Shown here one piece after another: positions 9,793 to 21,906 of a stretch of 64,000 bases of DNA. Origin of the DNA: Flavobacteriaceae bacterium (lineage in GTDB: Bacteria; Bacteroidota; Bacteroidia; Flavobacteriales; Flavobacteriaceae); NCBI GenBank assembly GCA_947371275.1, contig CANBOV010000003.1, positions 2,027-66,026 on the forward strand, in the 5' to 3' direction. A program made the position numbers and the translations under genes. Positions within the stretch are counted from its first letter, which is position 1. Every line of letters begins with the position of its first letter. Under the pieces are notes generated by a model. That model was not told where the DNA came from and searched no databases. It saw nothing but the letters and a program-made list of their open reading frames with translations.

Positions 9793-12336
9793 TTATTTAG
9801 TTGGTTTTTCCGCTTTTTGAATCGTCACCGTAAGCTCCTGTGCTATTTCGTCGAGATCCATAAAAATTTCGTCCCCAGAGGCAATTTTAGAAGTAATGAT
9901 TTCTTCGGCTAGTGCATCTTCTACATATTTTTGGATGGCTCTTTTTAAAGGGCGTGCACCAAATTGTTTATCAAAACCTTTGTCAGCGATAAAAGCTTTG
10001 GCAGGAGCAGAAAGATTTAGTTTGTATCCTAATTCTTCCACTCTTTCGTATAGTTTTTTCAACTCAATTTCAATGATTAAATCGATGTCATGTTTTTCTA
10101 ATGGATTGAAGACAATTACATCATCAATACGGTTAAGGAACTCAGGCGCAAATGTTTTCTTTAAAGCATTTTCTACTACACTTTTAGAATGTTCGTCAGC
10201 TTGCGCAACTTTAGCAGAAGTACCGAATCCAACCCCTTGACCAAAGTCTTTCAGTTGACGAGCCCCCACATTGGAAGTCATAATGATAATGGTGTTTTTG
10301 AAGTCGATTTTACGACCCAAACTATCCGTTAAATAACCGTCATCTAATACTTGCAGCATCATATTGAACACATCGGGGTGCGCTTTTTCAATTTCATCTA
10401 AAAGCACTACGCAATACGGTTTTCTTCTCACCTTTTCAGTAAGCTGTCCGCCTTCTTCGTATCCTACATATCCAGGAGGAGCACCAATTAATCTTGATAT
10501 AGCAAATTTCTCCATGTATTCACTCATATCAATACGGATTAGAGCATCTTCAGAGTCAAATAATTCTTTAGCCAATACTTTGGCTAATTGGGTTTTACCA
10601 ACTCCTGTTTGTCCTAAGAAAATAAAAGAACCGATAGGTCGGTTAGGATCTTTTAGTCCGGCACGGTTCCGTTGAATTGAGCGTGCAATTTTCAATACGG
10701 CTTCATCTTGGCCTATTACTTTTCCTTTGATTAAATCGGGTAGGTGGGCTAGTTTGTTGCTTTCGGTTTGTGCTATACGATTTACGGGAATTCCTGTCAT
10801 CATGGAAACGACATCGGCTACATTGTCTTCGGTAACGCGAATGCGATTATTCTTGGAATCTTCTTCCCATTGTTCTTGAGCGATGGCTAAGTCTTTTTCT
10901 AAGCGTTTTTCGTCATCACGTAATTTGGCTGCTTCTTCGTATTTCTGTTTTTTAACCACAGAATTTTTTAGGTCGCGTACTTCTTCTAATTGACGTTCCA
11001 AATCCAAAATTTGTTTAGGCACATCGATATTCGTAATGTGTACACGAGAACCCGCTTCGTCTAAAGCATCAATGGCTTTGTCTGGAAGAAAACGTTCTGA
11101 CATATAACGATTAGTCAACTTTACACAAGCTTCGATTGCTTCATCGGTATAAATGACATTATGGTGGTCTTCGTATTTGTTTTTGATGTTATTCAAGATG
11201 ATTATTGTTTCTTCTACAGAGGTAGGTTCGACAATCACTTTTTGGAAACGTCTTTCTAGGGCGCCGTCTTTTTCAATGTACTGACGGTACTCATCTAAAG
11301 TAGTAGCACCGATACATTGTATTTCGCCTCTAGCTAAGGCTGGTTTGAACATATTAGAAGCATCAAGCGAACCTGTAGCTCCACCAGCACCTACTATAGT
11401 ATGGATTTCGTCAATAAAGAGGATGATGTCGTCGTTTTTCTCTAACTCATTCATTACCGCTTTCATTCGCTCTTCAAATTGACCGCGGTATTTGGTCCCA
11501 GCTACCAACGAGGCTAAGTCAAGGGTAACAACTCGTTTATTAAAAAGAATGCGTGATACTTTCTTTTGAATGATGCGTAGGGCAAGTCCTTCGGCTATAG
11601 CTGATTTACCTACACCAGGCTCTCCAATAAGCAAAGGATTGTTTTTCTTTCTTCGACTTAAAATTTGAGACACACGCTCAATTTCTTTTTCTCTTCCAAC
11701 AACAGGATCTAGTTTGCCTTCTTCAGCCAACTCGGTTAAATCGCGTCCAAAATTATCTAAGACTGGGGTTTTAGATTTTTTATTGGTTTTATTTGCCGGA
11801 TTGTTGAAGCTGCCTTCCTTCAAACTGTCATCTTGACTTGAATCGTCATTATATGACTCATTTTTGGGTAAGTCATCAATAAAATCTTCTTCGTTTGGTG
11901 TCATATTTAAATATTGTTCTTTAACTACATTATAGTCTATTTTAAGTCTATGCAATAGTTTGGTTGTTGGATCATTTTCGTTTCTTAAAATGCACAGTAG
12001 TAGATGTGCTGTACTGATTGACGAACTTTGAAATACTTTAGCTTCTAGAAAAGTAGTTTTCAGAGCGCGTTCCGCTTGACGAGTCAAGTGTAGATTTTTC
12101 TTTTCATTGCTTATTTCAGCATTTGGGTTGGCAGGGCTTAATACCTCTACTTTTTTGCGCAAATGATCTAAATCTATTGATAGATTATTGAGAATAGCAA
12201 TTGCTTTACCATTTCCGTCTCTCAAAATACCAAGCATTAAGTGTTCTGTTCCAATAAAGTCGTGGCCTAATCGAAGCGCCTCTTCTTTGCTGTAAGTGAT
12301 TACATCTTTGACTCTTGGTGAAAAATTATCATCCAT
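9793..12336 (-). CDS. clpC: ATP-dependent Clp protease ATP-binding subunit ClpC
   Basis: Clp N-domain repeats, GEPGVGKS and GQTGVGKT Walker A motifs, UVR-like [11 protein letters not shown]; start taken at MDDNFS (12336). Confidence 0.93.
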   Translation of the reverse strand: MDDNFSPRVKDVITYSKEEALRLGHDFIGTEHLMLGILRDGNGKAIAILNNLSIDLDHLRKKVEVLSPANPNAEISNEKKNLHLTRQAERALKTTFLEAKVFQSSSISTAHLLLCILRNENDPTTKLLHRLKIDYNVVKEQYLNMTPNEEDFIDDLPKNESYNDDSSQDDSLKEGSFNNPANKTNKKSKTPVLDNFGRDLTELAEEGKLDPVVGREKEIERVSQILSRRKKNNPLLIGEPGVGKSAIAEGLALRIIQKKVSRILFNKRVVTLDLASLVAGTKYRGQFEERMKAVMNELEKNDDIILFIDEIHTIVGAGGATGSLDASNMFKPALARGEIQCIGATTLDEYRQYIEKDGALERRFQKVIVEPTSVEETIIILNNIKNKYEDHHNVIYTDEAIEACVKLTNRYMSERFLPDKAIDALDEAGSRVHITNIDVPKQILDLERQLEEVRDLKNSVVKKQKYEEAAKLRDDEKRLEKDLAIAQEQWEEDSKNNRIRVTEDNVADVVSMMTGIPVNRIAQTESNKLAHLPDLIKGKVIGQDEAVLKIARSIQRNRAGLKDPNRPIGSFIFLGQTGVGKTQLAKVLAKELFDSEDALIRIDMSEYMEKFAISRLIGAPPGYVGYEEGGQLTEKVRRKPYCVVLLDEIEKAHPDVFNMMLQVLDDGYLTDSLGRKIDFKNTIIIMTSNVGARQLKDFGQGVGFGTSAKVAQADEHSKSVVENALKKTFAPEFLNRIDDVIVFNPLEKHDIDLIIEIELKKLYERVEELGYKLNLSAPAKAFIADKGFDKQFGARPLKRAIQKYVEDALAEEIITSKIASGDEIFMDLDEIAQELTVTIQKAEKPTK

Positions 12337-12410
12337 AAATATATAATTGGGTACTGTAAATTTAGTGATTATGAATGGGATAATACAATAACCATTCCGA
12401 CTAAAAGTAC

Positions 12411-12426
12411 TGTCAGCTAATTGACA
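12411..12426. promoter_or_regulatory. TGTCA-N6-TGACA inverted repeat upstream of clpC (candidate operator)
   Basis: tgtca gctaat tgaca; the same pentamers recur upstream of dnaK. Confidence 0.35.
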
Positions 12427-12601
12427 AAAAAAAAGCCAATAATAAAAGTAGTTCACAATCTATTTTATTAACTAAAAAACAGCCCGATTTTGTTAATAAA
12501 TCATTGAAATTTGTGATGAAAAAAAGGTTGCAAATTTTATAAAAAGCCTATATTAGCACGTTTTGAATTTAAACTAATTTTTATTAAATAATTTATAAAA
12601 T

Positions 12602-15169
12602 ATGTCTGACGGAGAAAGGTTAATTCCTATTAACATCGAAGATGAAATGAAATCAGCGTACATCGATTATTCGATGTCGGTTATTGTCTCAAGAGCGCTA
12701 CCTGACGTGCGTGATGGTTTAAAACCGGTGCACAGAAGAGTGTTATATGGAATGTATGATTTAGGAGTTTTTTCAAATAGAGCTCATAAAAAATCCGCGA
12801 GAATTGTTGGAGAAGTTTTAGGAAAGTACCACCCCCATGGTGATACATCAGTATATGATGCTATGGTACGTATGGCTCAGGAATGGAGTTTACGTTATTT
12901 ATTAGTGGATGGTCAAGGTAACTTTGGATCAGTCGATGGTGATAGTCCGGCAGCAATGCGTTATACTGAGGCTAGAATGAAAAAAATGTCAGAGGACATT
13001 ATGGCAGATATTGACAAAGAAACGGTTGACTTTCAATTGAACTTTGACGATACCTTGCAAGAGCCTACTGTAATGCCAACTCGTGTTCCCAATCTATTAA
13101 TTAATGGTGCTTCTGGTATAGCTGTAGGTATGGCAACTAACATGGCGCCGCATAATTTAACAGAAGTTATTGACGGAACTTTAGCATATATTGATAATAA
13201 TGATATCGAGATAGATGAATTAATCAATCATATAAAGGCCCCTGATTTCCCGACGGGTGGAATTATTTATGGAATGGATGGAGTGCGTGAAGCCTTCAAA
13301 ACAGGTCGTGGTAGGGTCGTAATACGTGCTAAAATAGCTTTTGAAGAATCAAATGGAAGAGAAGCGATAATTGTAACTGAGATTCCGTATCAAGTGAATA
13401 AAGCCGAAATGATTAAGAAAACGGCTGACTTAATTAATGATAAGAAGATAGAAGGAATTTCTAATATTCGTGATGAATCAGACAGAACTGGAATGCGTAT
13501 TGTTTATGAATTGAAGCGCGATGCTGTTCCTAATGTAGTCTTAAATACCTTATATAAATACACTCAATTACAATCTTCTTTCAGTGTTAATAATATTGCG
13601 TTGGTAAAAGGAAGACCGCAAATGTTGAATGTAAAAGATTTGATTCATTACTTTGTGGAGCACCGACATGATGTGGTGATTAGAAGAACGCAATATGAAT
13701 TGCGTAAAGCAGAAGAGCGTGCACATATCTTAGAAGGATTAATCATAGCCTCTGATAATATTGATGAAGTAATCGCTTTGATTCGTTCGTCGAAAGATGG
13801 AGACGAAGCCCGTTCGAAATTAATTGAACGATTCAGCCTATCTGATATACAAGCTCGTGCTATTGTAGAAATGCGTTTGAGACAATTAACAGGTCTAGAA
13901 CAAGACAAGTTAAGAGCAGAATATGAAGAGATTATGAAATTAATTCAACGCTTGAGAGATTTATTAGCAAGCAAAGAATTGAGAATGGACTTAATTAAAG
14001 AGGAATTAAGTGAAATCAGAGATAAGTATGGTGACGCACGTCGTTCATCTATTGAATATTCTGGAGGAGATGTAAGTATTGAAGATTTGATTGCAGATGA
14101 GAATGTAGTTATTACAATTTCGCATGCAGGCTACATTAAACGAACTAACTTATCTGAATACAAAACTCAGAATAGAGGGGGAGTAGGTCAAAAAAGTGCT
14201 GGTACTCGAGATCAAGATTTCTTAGAGCATTTATTTGTGGCAACTAACCATCAATATTTAATGTACTTTACTCAAAAAGGAAAATGTTTCTGGATGCGGG
14301 TATACGAAATTCCAGAAGGCAGTAAAACTAGTAAAGGACGTGCGATTCAAAACTTAATTAACATTGAAAGCGATGATAAAGTAAAAGCCTTCATTTGCAC
14401 ACAAGATTTGAAAGATGAAGACTATATCAATAGTCATTATGTGATCATGGTTACTAAACAAGGTCAGGTTAAAAAAACACCTTTGGAACAATATTCTCGT
14501 CCTCGTCAAAATGGTATCAATGCCATTACGATTAGAGAAGACGATGAATTATTAGAAGCAAAATTAACTAATGGTGAAAGCCAAGTGTTAGTTGCGGTTA
14601 AGTCGGGTAAATTGGTTCGATTTGAAGAAGGAAAAACGCGTCCGATGGGAAGAACGGCATCTGGTGTTCGTGGAATCACTTTAGCCGATGATAAAGATGA
14701 AGTAATTGGTATGGTTTCTGTTAATAAGGAAGACGTTAACGAAACTCAATTATTAGTTGTGACGGAGAATGGGTATGGAAAAAGAACGAAGTTGGTTGAT
14801 GAAGATGGAGAAGATGTATACCGGATCACCAACAGAGGTGGTAAAGGAGTGAAAACCTTAAATATCACCGAAAAAACGGGTGCGTTAATTTCAATTAATG
14901 CCGTTACTGATGAAGATGATTTGATGATTATAAACAAATCAGGTTTGACAATTCGTATGGAAGTTTCAGATTTACGTGTTATGGGAAGAGCTACACAAGG
15001 AGTTCGATTGATTAATATAAAAGGAAACGACTCTATAGCTGCAGTAACTAAGGTAATGAAAGAAGATGAAGTAGAAGGAGAAGAAGGCGATAGCATTGAA
15101 GCAGATTCAATTCAAGAGGAATCAAGTGATGATGCTTCTGAGGCTCCAACAGAAGAAGGGCAAGAATAA
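12602..15169 (+). CDS. gyrA: DNA gyrase subunit A
   Basis: [31 protein letters not shown], GyrA-box QNRGGVG, acidic C-terminal tail. Confidence 0.98.
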   Translation: MSDGERLIPINIEDEMKSAYIDYSMSVIVSRALPDVRDGLKPVHRRVLYGMYDLGVFSNRAHKKSARIVGEVLGKYHPHGDTSVYDAMVRMAQEWSLRYLLVDGQGNFGSVDGDSPAAMRYTEARMKKMSEDIMADIDKETVDFQLNFDDTLQEPTVMPTRVPNLLINGASGIAVGMATNMAPHNLTEVIDGTLAYIDNNDIEIDELINHIKAPDFPTGGIIYGMDGVREAFKTGRGRVVIRAKIAFEESNGREAIIVTEIPYQVNKAEMIKKTADLINDKKIEGISNIRDESDRTGMRIVYELKRDAVPNVVLNTLYKYTQLQSSFSVNNIALVKGRPQMLNVKDLIHYFVEHRHDVVIRRTQYELRKAEERAHILEGLIIASDNIDEVIALIRSSKDGDEARSKLIERFSLSDIQARAIVEMRLRQLTGLEQDKLRAEYEEIMKLIQRLRDLLASKELRMDLIKEELSEIRDKYGDARRSSIEYSGGDVSIEDLIADENVVITISHAGYIKRTNLSEYKTQNRGGVGQKSAGTRDQDFLEHLFVATNHQYLMYFTQKGKCFWMRVYEIPEGSKTSKGRAIQNLINIESDDKVKAFICTQDLKDEDYINSHYVIMVTKQGQVKKTPLEQYSRPRQNGINAITIREDDELLEAKLTNGESQVLVAVKSGKLVRFEEGKTRPMGRTASGVRGITLADDKDEVIGMVSVNKEDVNETQLLVVTENGYGKRTKLVDEDGEDVYRITNRGGKGVKTLNITEKTGALISINAVTDEDDLMIINKSGLTIRMEVSDLRVMGRATQGVRLINIKGNDSIAAVTKVMKEDEVEGEEGDSIEADSIQEESSDDASEAPTEEGQE

Positions 15170-15186
15170 TTTAAAATTAATACCAC

Positions 15187-16509
15187 ATGAAAATTAAACA
15201 CATTGTATTGTCAGCCTCAATACTAGTTTCTGTTTCTGCGATGGCTCAAAAAGATGAGTTAAAGTCGTTGAAGAAAATTTATGGCAGAGATGAGATTAAA
15301 GGAAATGACTTAGTTGAGTACAAATCTTTGGTAACCAAAGTAGAACCGTTAGCCACTGAAGAGGGCGATAAAATTTATGCTGCTTTTTATAAGTCAATGA
15401 TACCCGTTTTGGAATATTCGGCTTTAGATAAAACAATGGCGCCAGCTCAAATTCAAGCTGCTGTGGCTAAGTTTGTTAGTCCGAAGGCCATTACGGAGTT
15501 AGCAAATGGTTTGAATGCTACATTAGACTATGAAGTGAAGACGGGAAAAAAAATCTACACGGATGATATCAATGAAACTATTACGTCATTTAAGCCCGAA
15601 ATGATTAGTTATGCCATTACCTTAGGTACGAATAAAATGTTTAAAGAAGCAGAACAGGTATTGTATGCTGTTTATTTATTGGACAAAAAAGACCAAGATA
15701 AATTATTTTATGCCGCAAGTTATGCCGTTAATGCTCAGGATTATGACAAAGCACTTGAGTACTATGCTCAACTTAAAACGCTGAAATATACTGGTGAAGG
15801 AGTAGTTTTTTGGGCGACTAATAAGGCCTCTCAATCCGAAGAAACGTTTGCAACGAAAGAGCAAAGAGATCTTTTTATTAAGGCTGGTACTCATGAAAAG
15901 CCTAGAGATGAGAAATTAGAATCTAAAACTGGTGAAATCTATAAAAATATTGCCTTAATATTAGTTCAACAAGGAAAAACAGAAGAAGCTAAAGCTGCTT
16001 TAGAAGATGCTGTAAAAGCAAATCCGGGAGATACTTCGTTAGTTTTGAACGAAGCCGATTTATATTTAAAGCTTAAAGATTATACCAGTTATACCAATAT
16101 AGTGAAGGCAGTTTTAGAAAAAGAACCTAATAATGCTATTTTAGTTTATAATTTAGGAGTAATCACGAGTGAGGCCGGTAAGCTGGATGAAGCGGAAAAA
16201 TACTATAGAAGATCATTAGAAATTGATCCCAATTATTTTGATGCCAATATAAATCTAGCGGAATTAAAACTTAGAGCTGATGTTAAGTTGCAGGACGAAA
16301 TGAGTAAATTAGGTACTTCAGAAAAAGACAACAAACGGTACGACCAAATAAGAGCTTTACTGTTTAAAAATTATAAAGAGGTATTGCCATATTTAGAAAA
16401 GGCTGTCGAAGTAAAACCAAAAGATGAAGCGGCCAACAAGACGTTATTAAGTGTTTACAATGCATTAGAAATGACTGATAAAGCGAAAGCCTTAAAAGCA
16501 AAAATGTAA
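15187..16509 (+). CDS. Exported tetratricopeptide repeat protein
   Basis: Signal peptide ending SAMA-Q; TPR units such as YNLGVITSEAGKLDEAEKYYRRSLEIDPNY. Confidence 0.85.
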   Translation: MKIKHIVLSASILVSVSAMAQKDELKSLKKIYGRDEIKGNDLVEYKSLVTKVEPLATEEGDKIYAAFYKSMIPVLEYSALDKTMAPAQIQAAVAKFVSPKAITELANGLNATLDYEVKTGKKIYTDDINETITSFKPEMISYAITLGTNKMFKEAEQVLYAVYLLDKKDQDKLFYAASYAVNAQDYDKALEYYAQLKTLKYTGEGVVFWATNKASQSEETFATKEQRDLFIKAGTHEKPRDEKLESKTGEIYKNIALILVQQGKTEEAKAALEDAVKANPGDTSLVLNEADLYLKLKDYTSYTNIVKAVLEKEPNNAILVYNLGVITSEAGKLDEAEKYYRRSLEIDPNYFDANINLAELKLRADVKLQDEMSKLGTSEKDNKRYDQIRALLFKNYKEVLPYLEKAVEVKPKDEAANKTLLSVYNALEMTDKAKALKAKM

Positions 16510-16525
16510 GTTGCTATAGTGCTAT

Positions 16526-16559
16526 AAAAAAAGCCATCCTGTAAAGGATGGCTTTTTTT
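16526..16559. terminator. Bidirectional intrinsic terminator
   Basis: aaaaaaagccatcct gtaa aggatggcttttttt between convergent genes. Confidence 0.9.
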
Positions 16560-16577
16560 ATATATTATTTATAAATA

Positions 16578-17966
16578 TCATAAGTGGATTACTTCTCCAT
16601 ATGCATCTGCAACGGCTTCCATAACTGCTTCGCTCATCGTTGGATGAGGATGTACTGCTTTTAATATTTCATGCCCCGTAGTTTCTAATTTACGAGCCAC
16701 AACTGCTTCAGCAATCATATCGGTTACTCCGGCTCCAATCATATGGCATCCTAACCATTCACCATATTTGGCGTCAAAAATTACTTTCACAAACCCATCT
16801 GGAGTACCAGCAGCTTTTGCTTTACCTGAAGCTGTGAATGGGAATTTGCCAATTTTTAATTCGAATCCTTTTTCTTTTGCTTGTTTTTCGGTTAAACCAA
16901 CTGAAGCAATTTCGGGAGTAGCATAAGTACAACCAGGAATGTTTCCATAATCAAGTGGTTCAACATGTAAACCGGCAATTTTTTCTACACAAAGAATTCC
17001 TTCTGCTGAAGCAACGTGAGCCAATGCTTGGCCGGGCGTTACGTCACCAATGGCATAATATCCAGGAATGTTGGTTTGGTAATAATCATTTACCAATATT
17101 TTATCTCTATCAGTTGCAATACCCGTTTCTTCTAATCCAATATTTTCAATATTGGTTTTGATTCCAACTGCTGAAAGTAAAATATCAGCTTCCAATACTT
17201 CTTCTCCTTTGGCTGTTTTCACGAAAGCTTTCACTCCGCTTCCAGTAGTATCGATTCGTTCTACTGATGCGTTTGTCATAATGTTTACGCCAGCCTTTTT
17301 CATAGAACGTTCCATTTGTTTTGAAATATCTTCATCTTCAACAGGAACAATGTTTGGCATGAATTCAACAATAGTAACTTCCGTACCCATGGCATTGTAA
17401 AAATGAGCAAATTCTACTCCGATAGCACCAGATCCTACTACAATCATTTTCTTAGGTTGTGTAGGGAGCGTCATGGCTTGGCGGTACCCAATTACTTTAC
17501 TACCATCTTGCGGTAAATTTGGCAATTCTCTTGAGCGCGCTCCAGTAGCAATGATGATATTGTCGGCAGTATATTCGGTTACTTTTCCGTCTGCCGCAGT
17601 TACATCTACTTTTTTGCCTGGTTTTATTTTACCAAACCCATCGATAACATCTATTTTGTTCTTTTTCATTAAGAATTGAACTCCTTTACTCATGCCGTCA
17701 GCTACGCTTCTAGAACGAGTAATTACGGCATTAAAGTCTTTATCAAACTCTTTTACCGTTAGACCATAATCTGAAGCATGTTTTAGGTAATCAAAAACTT
17801 GAGCAGATTTTAGTAATGCTTTGGTTGGGATACACCCCCAATTTAAACAAATACCACCTAAGTTTTCTTTTTCGATAACGGCCACTTTAAAGCCTAATTG
17901 TGAGGCACGGATTGCAGTAACATAACCACCTGGCCCACTTCCTAAAACAATAATATCGTATTTCAT
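16578..17966 (-). CDS. lpdA: Dihydrolipoyl dehydrogenase
   Basis: GSGPGGY, GGICLNWGCIPTK redox disulfide, HPHPTMSE. Confidence 0.96.
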   Translation of the reverse strand: MKYDIIVLGSGPGGYVTAIRASQLGFKVAVIEKENLGGICLNWGCIPTKALLKSAQVFDYLKHASDYGLTVKEFDKDFNAVITRSRSVADGMSKGVQFLMKKNKIDVIDGFGKIKPGKKVDVTAADGKVTEYTADNIIIATGARSRELPNLPQDGSKVIGYRQAMTLPTQPKKMIVVGSGAIGVEFAHFYNAMGTEVTIVEFMPNIVPVEDEDISKQMERSMKKAGVNIMTNASVERIDTTGSGVKAFVKTAKGEEVLEADILLSAVGIKTNIENIGLEETGIATDRDKILVNDYYQTNIPGYYAIGDVTPGQALAHVASAEGILCVEKIAGLHVEPLDYGNIPGCTYATPEIASVGLTEKQAKEKGFELKIGKFPFTASGKAKAAGTPDGFVKVIFDAKYGEWLGCHMIGAGVTDMIAEAVVARKLETTGHEILKAVHPHPTMSEAVMEAVADAYGEVIHL

Positions 17967-18081
17967 TTCTATGTTTTTAATTGTTTTTTATTTGGTATTA
18001 TGGAATGAGAAAACTCATTGCATTTTCATACTATTTTTGTCATTATTTGCGTTTGCGAATTTAAGCAATTATTTTGAAAAT

Positions 18082-19836
18082 TTAGCTTTCGGTACTAAAC
18101 TGTGAATCATATAAATTTTTATAATAACCATTCGCTTTTGTAACCAATTCTTGATGCGTTCCTTCTTCAACAATTTGGCCTTTATCCATTACAATTATTT
18201 TATTGGCTTTTATGATGGTAGCCAAGCGATGAGCTATAACTATAGAAGTTCTACCTTTAGTTATTGTCTCAGTTGCTCTTTGTATTAATTCCTCGCTATG
18301 TGTGTCAATTGAGGAAGTAGCTTCATCCAAAATAAGAATACTTGGATTACTTACATAGGCTCTCAAAAAAGCAATTAATTGGCGTTGACCAGAAGATAAC
18401 ATTACCCCGCGCTCTTTTACATCATAGTCATAACCTCCAGGCAGACTTTTGATGAATTTGTGGACGCCTATTTCTTTGGCTGCCTTTATAACATCCTCTT
18501 TTGAAATAGCAGGATTGTTTAAGGTAATATTATTATGAATAGTATCGGCAAATAGAAAAACATCTTGCAATACAATTGCTATTTGCTTACGCAAACTTTC
18601 CAGTTTGAATTCATTAATATTGTGTTCGTCGATAAAGATAGCACCCGAATTGATTTCGTAAAATCGATTTAATAGATTAATGATGGTTGATTTACCTGCT
18701 CCAGTGGCTCCAACTATTGCAATGGTTTCTCCAGCATTTACCTTTAGGTTAATCCCTTTTAACACTTCTTCATTTTCTATATAGCTGAAGCGCACGTTTT
18801 CAAATCGGATGGTTCCCTTGAAATGACTGGCAATTTTGATCCCCTCATCTTGTACCTCAATGTCACTGTCCAATATATCAAAAACACGATTGGCCGAAAT
18901 CATTCCCATTTGCATTTCATTGAATTTATCGGCAATTTGACGAAGTGGATTAAACAACATACCAATAAACATAGTATAGGCTGTCATTTGTCCCAAAGTC
19001 GTAAACGGATTGTGATTGATGATTTGAATACCACCATACAAAATAATCAAACCCAAAGTTATTGAAGAAATAATGTCGGCAATAGGGAAGAAGATTGAGT
19101 TATACAAAATAGTTTTTATCCATGCTTTGTTGTGCTTCTCATTGATATTCTTGAATTTTTCAAATTCAATAGCTTCTCGATTGAAGAGTTGTACAATTTT
19201 CATTCCCGTAACACGCTCTTGAATAAACGTATTTAAATTGGCCACTTGAGTTCTAACATCTTCAAAGGCTACTTGCATTTTACGTTGAAATATTCTAGTG
19301 ATGTATACTAATATTGGCATGGCTACCACTACGATCATAGAGAGTTGCCAATTCATCCAAAACATGATGATGAGGCATACTACCATTTTCATTAAATCAC
19401 TAAAAATCATAAATAATCCTTGACTAAAAATACGGGCAATTTGTTCTATGTCAGATACCGAACGGGTGACCAATTGTCCAACTGGAGCATTGTCATAGTA
19501 TTTCATTCGGAATGTTAGTAGGTGTTTGAACAATTTATTTCGGATGTCTTTAACGATATCTTGTCCCAACCAGTTGGCCCAATACACAAAGTAAAATTGG
19601 GAAAAGGTTTCTAACATAAGCGCTATACCCATAATAATGGCATAGGTTAGGAGTCCTTCTTTACTAGCTGTCTTTATGTATTTATCAACCGTAACTTCTA
19701 ATAAAAATGGACGTAAGGCAGCAAATACAGATAAGGAAACAGCAAAGAAAATAACACCATAATACCTAAACTTATAGGGCTTGGTATATTTTAAAACGCG
19801 TTTAAATAAATGTACATCAAATGCTTTTGCTTGCAT
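18082..19836 (-). CDS. ABC exporter, fused transmembrane and ATP-binding domains (MsbA/MdlB-like)
   Basis: N-terminal TM helices, GATGAGKS, LSSGQRQ, ILILDEAT. Confidence 0.92.
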   Translation of the reverse strand: MQAKAFDVHLFKRVLKYTKPYKFRYYGVIFFAVSLSVFAALRPFLLEVTVDKYIKTASKEGLLTYAIIMGIALMLETFSQFYFVYWANWLGQDIVKDIRNKLFKHLLTFRMKYYDNAPVGQLVTRSVSDIEQIARIFSQGLFMIFSDLMKMVVCLIIMFWMNWQLSMIVVVAMPILVYITRIFQRKMQVAFEDVRTQVANLNTFIQERVTGMKIVQLFNREAIEFEKFKNINEKHNKAWIKTILYNSIFFPIADIISSITLGLIILYGGIQIINHNPFTTLGQMTAYTMFIGMLFNPLRQIADKFNEMQMGMISANRVFDILDSDIEVQDEGIKIASHFKGTIRFENVRFSYIENEEVLKGINLKVNAGETIAIVGATGAGKSTIINLLNRFYEINSGAIFIDEHNINEFKLESLRKQIAIVLQDVFLFADTIHNNITLNNPAISKEDVIKAAKEIGVHKFIKSLPGGYDYDVKERGVMLSSGQRQLIAFLRAYVSNPSILILDEATSSIDTHSEELIQRATETITKGRTSIVIAHRLATIIKANKIIVMDKGQIVEEGTHQELVTKANGYYKNLYDSQFSTES

Positions 19837-20573
19837 TATTTTAGGTATTCGTATTCGATACGGGTTAAATACAATCCGTGTGCTGGAACTGAAAATCCAG
19901 CTTGACCACGGTCTTTACTTTCAATTATTCGTTCAAAATCGGCTAGATTAATTTTTCCTATGCCAATGTTAATCATAGTGCCCACAATAGCTCTTACCAT
20001 ATTTCTCAAAAACCTATCGGCGGCAATAGTGAAAACAATTTTAGTCCCTTCTTGTTTCCAATGTGCTTCAAATAGGACGCAATTAAATGTTCTTACGTCA
20101 GTGTGGGTTTTGGAAAAGCTCTCAAAATCGGTATACTTGAATAATAATTGGCAAGCTGCATTCATTTTATCCAAGTCTAGAACAGTAGGATAGAGCCAAC
20201 TCCCTTCGGTCTCAAAAGCATCTTTATAGGTATGAATGTGGTATTCATACGTTCTTTTGGTAGCATCAAAACGGACATGAGCATCATCTGCGACATCTAT
20301 AATTGTTTTTATAACAATGTCTTTGGGTAAAAAAGAATTGAGTTTGTGGGTCAAAACAACGGTATCAATTTTGTCTTCCGAGTCAAAATGCGCATACATT
20401 TGTTTGGCATGCACTCCGGTATCTGTTCGTCCAGCCCCTACAACATCAATCTCTTTTTTTAGTAATATTGTTAAGGCTTTATTGAGTGTCTCTTGCACAG
20501 AACTAGCATCGGGTTGGTATTGCCACCCGTGATAATGCGTTCCTTTATAAGCTAATTCAATAAAATATCTCAA
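19836..20573 (-). CDS. truA: tRNA pseudouridine(38-40) synthase
   Basis: YHGWQYQP, GAGRTDTGVHA, FLRNMVRAIVG. Confidence 0.96.
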   Translation of the reverse strand: MRYFIELAYKGTHYHGWQYQPDASSVQETLNKALTILLKKEIDVVGAGRTDTGVHAKQMYAHFDSEDKIDTVVLTHKLNSFLPKDIVIKTIIDVADDAHVRFDATKRTYEYHIHTYKDAFETEGSWLYPTVLDLDKMNAACQLLFKYTDFESFSKTHTDVRTFNCVLFEAHWKQEGTKIVFTIAADRFLRNMVRAIVGTMINIGIGKINLADFERIIESKDRGQAGFSVPAHGLYLTRIEYEYLK

Positions 20574-20721
20574 GGTAAAACTTCCTGTTTTTAAAGCTTC
20601 AAAGTTACAAAGATTTTATCTAGAGATAACTTAAAATCGGTTTCAAACCACTACTATTTTTTTTGGAAGACTTTTGGCTTACATCAGTTGGAAAACCATT
20701 TAGTTTGTAACTTTGTCCAAG

Positions 20722-21216
20722 ATGAAAAAAATCTTACTCCTTTCTGATACTCATAGCCACATTGATGAGGCGATTTTAAAATATGTGTCTTTAGCTGATG
20801 AAGTTTGGCATGCAGGAGACATTGGTGATTTGAAAGTAACTGATACTTTAAAAAAACTAAAACCCCTTAAAGCGGTTTATGGGAATATTGATGATGATAA
20901 AGTGCGGATGGAATTTCCGCTGAACAATCGTTTTCTATGTGAAGGCGTAGATGTGTGGATCACTCATATTGGGGGATACCCGGGGAAGTACAATCAGGCC
21001 ATTCGTAGCGATTTACAATTGAATCCACCTAAACTATTTATTTGTGGACATTCTCATATCTTGAAAGTTCAATTTGATAAAACCTTGAATTTACTGCATA
21101 TGAATCCGGGGGCATGCGGTATATATGGTTTTCATCAAGTGCGCACGATGTTGCGTTTTGAAATTGACGGGGATAAAATTCAGAATTTAGAGATTATTGA
21201 ATTGGGTAAAAAATAG
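20722..21216 (+). CDS. Metallophosphoesterase (YfcE-like)
   Basis: SDTHS, HAGDIG, YGNID, GHSH, MNPGA motifs; ATG at 20722 (upstream TTG at 20713). Confidence 0.88.
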   Translation: MKKILLLSDTHSHIDEAILKYVSLADEVWHAGDIGDLKVTDTLKKLKPLKAVYGNIDDDKVRMEFPLNNRFLCEGVDVWITHIGGYPGKYNQAIRSDLQLNPPKLFICGHSHILKVQFDKTLNLLHMNPGACGIYGFHQVRTMLRFEIDGDKIQNLEIIELGKK

Positions 21217-21245
21217 AACGAATTTTTAGCAAGTTCACATAAAAT

Positions 21246-21280
21246 AAAAAACCCATCACACAATTGCGGATGGGTTTTTT
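21246..21280. terminator. Bidirectional intrinsic terminator
   Basis: aaaaaacccatc...gatgggtttttt between convergent genes. Confidence 0.8.
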
Positions 21281-21308
21281 GCAGCACTAAAAAACTAAGT
21301 TTATAGGT

Positions 21309-21716
21309 TTATCGTAATCGGTCCACAGATTTTACGAGATCTTCATCCTTTTTAATGGCTTTGTTGGCCAAAACCAAAAGTACGATAGAAAAAATAGGTA
21401 AGAACATCCCAACACCTTTCTCAGAAATAGCTGTTTCTCCAGATGCCGTTAGTGTTCGATACACAAATAATCCTAATAAAATTAAATTCAATATCATATT
21501 CAATCTGCCCATGACAAATTGTTGTTGTCTTTTTTTGTGTGATATAATGCTTAAAATAGTTAGTGTATTGCTTAAACCAAAAAGGGCAGCATAAGTAAGA
21601 TCCATCATGAAATAGTAGTCTTTTCCATGAACATCTTTCCATAACGGAAAAACAAACGGCAATATTGCCATTAGTAAAATACAACCTAATAAGTAATATG
21701 TTTGAATTCTAAACAT
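21309..21716 (-). CDS. DUF4293 family membrane protein
   Basis: RIQTYYL N-terminus and LANKAIKKDEDLVKSVDRLR C-terminus. Confidence 0.85.
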   Translation of the reverse strand: MFRIQTYYLLGCILLMAILPFVFPLWKDVHGKDYYFMMDLTYAALFGLSNTLTILSIISHKKRQQQFVMGRLNMILNLILLGLFVYRTLTASGETAISEKGVGMFLPIFSIVLLVLANKAIKKDEDLVKSVDRLR

Positions 21717-21906
21717 TAGCTTTTTTAAAATTTGAATCACAAAAATATAGTTTCTTTTTAAAAAATACTATTGCGTGGTAAAATTTTATTTGTATTATTG
21801 CATAACAAATCCGTAAGTACTTCATCCTTCGGACTATTCTTTAGAAAAAAATCTACCCACATTTATAGTATTTTCCTCAATTCGAATTTAAATCAAAACA
21901 ATATTC

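Noticed and set aside
12337-12456. N-terminal extension of ClpC in the ORF track (likewise for rimK, DUF349, MazG-like, DUF5106 and SulA-like ORFs)
   Set aside because: Extensions run through promoter-like AT-rich DNA from alternative start codons; downstream ATGs match family-typical N-termini
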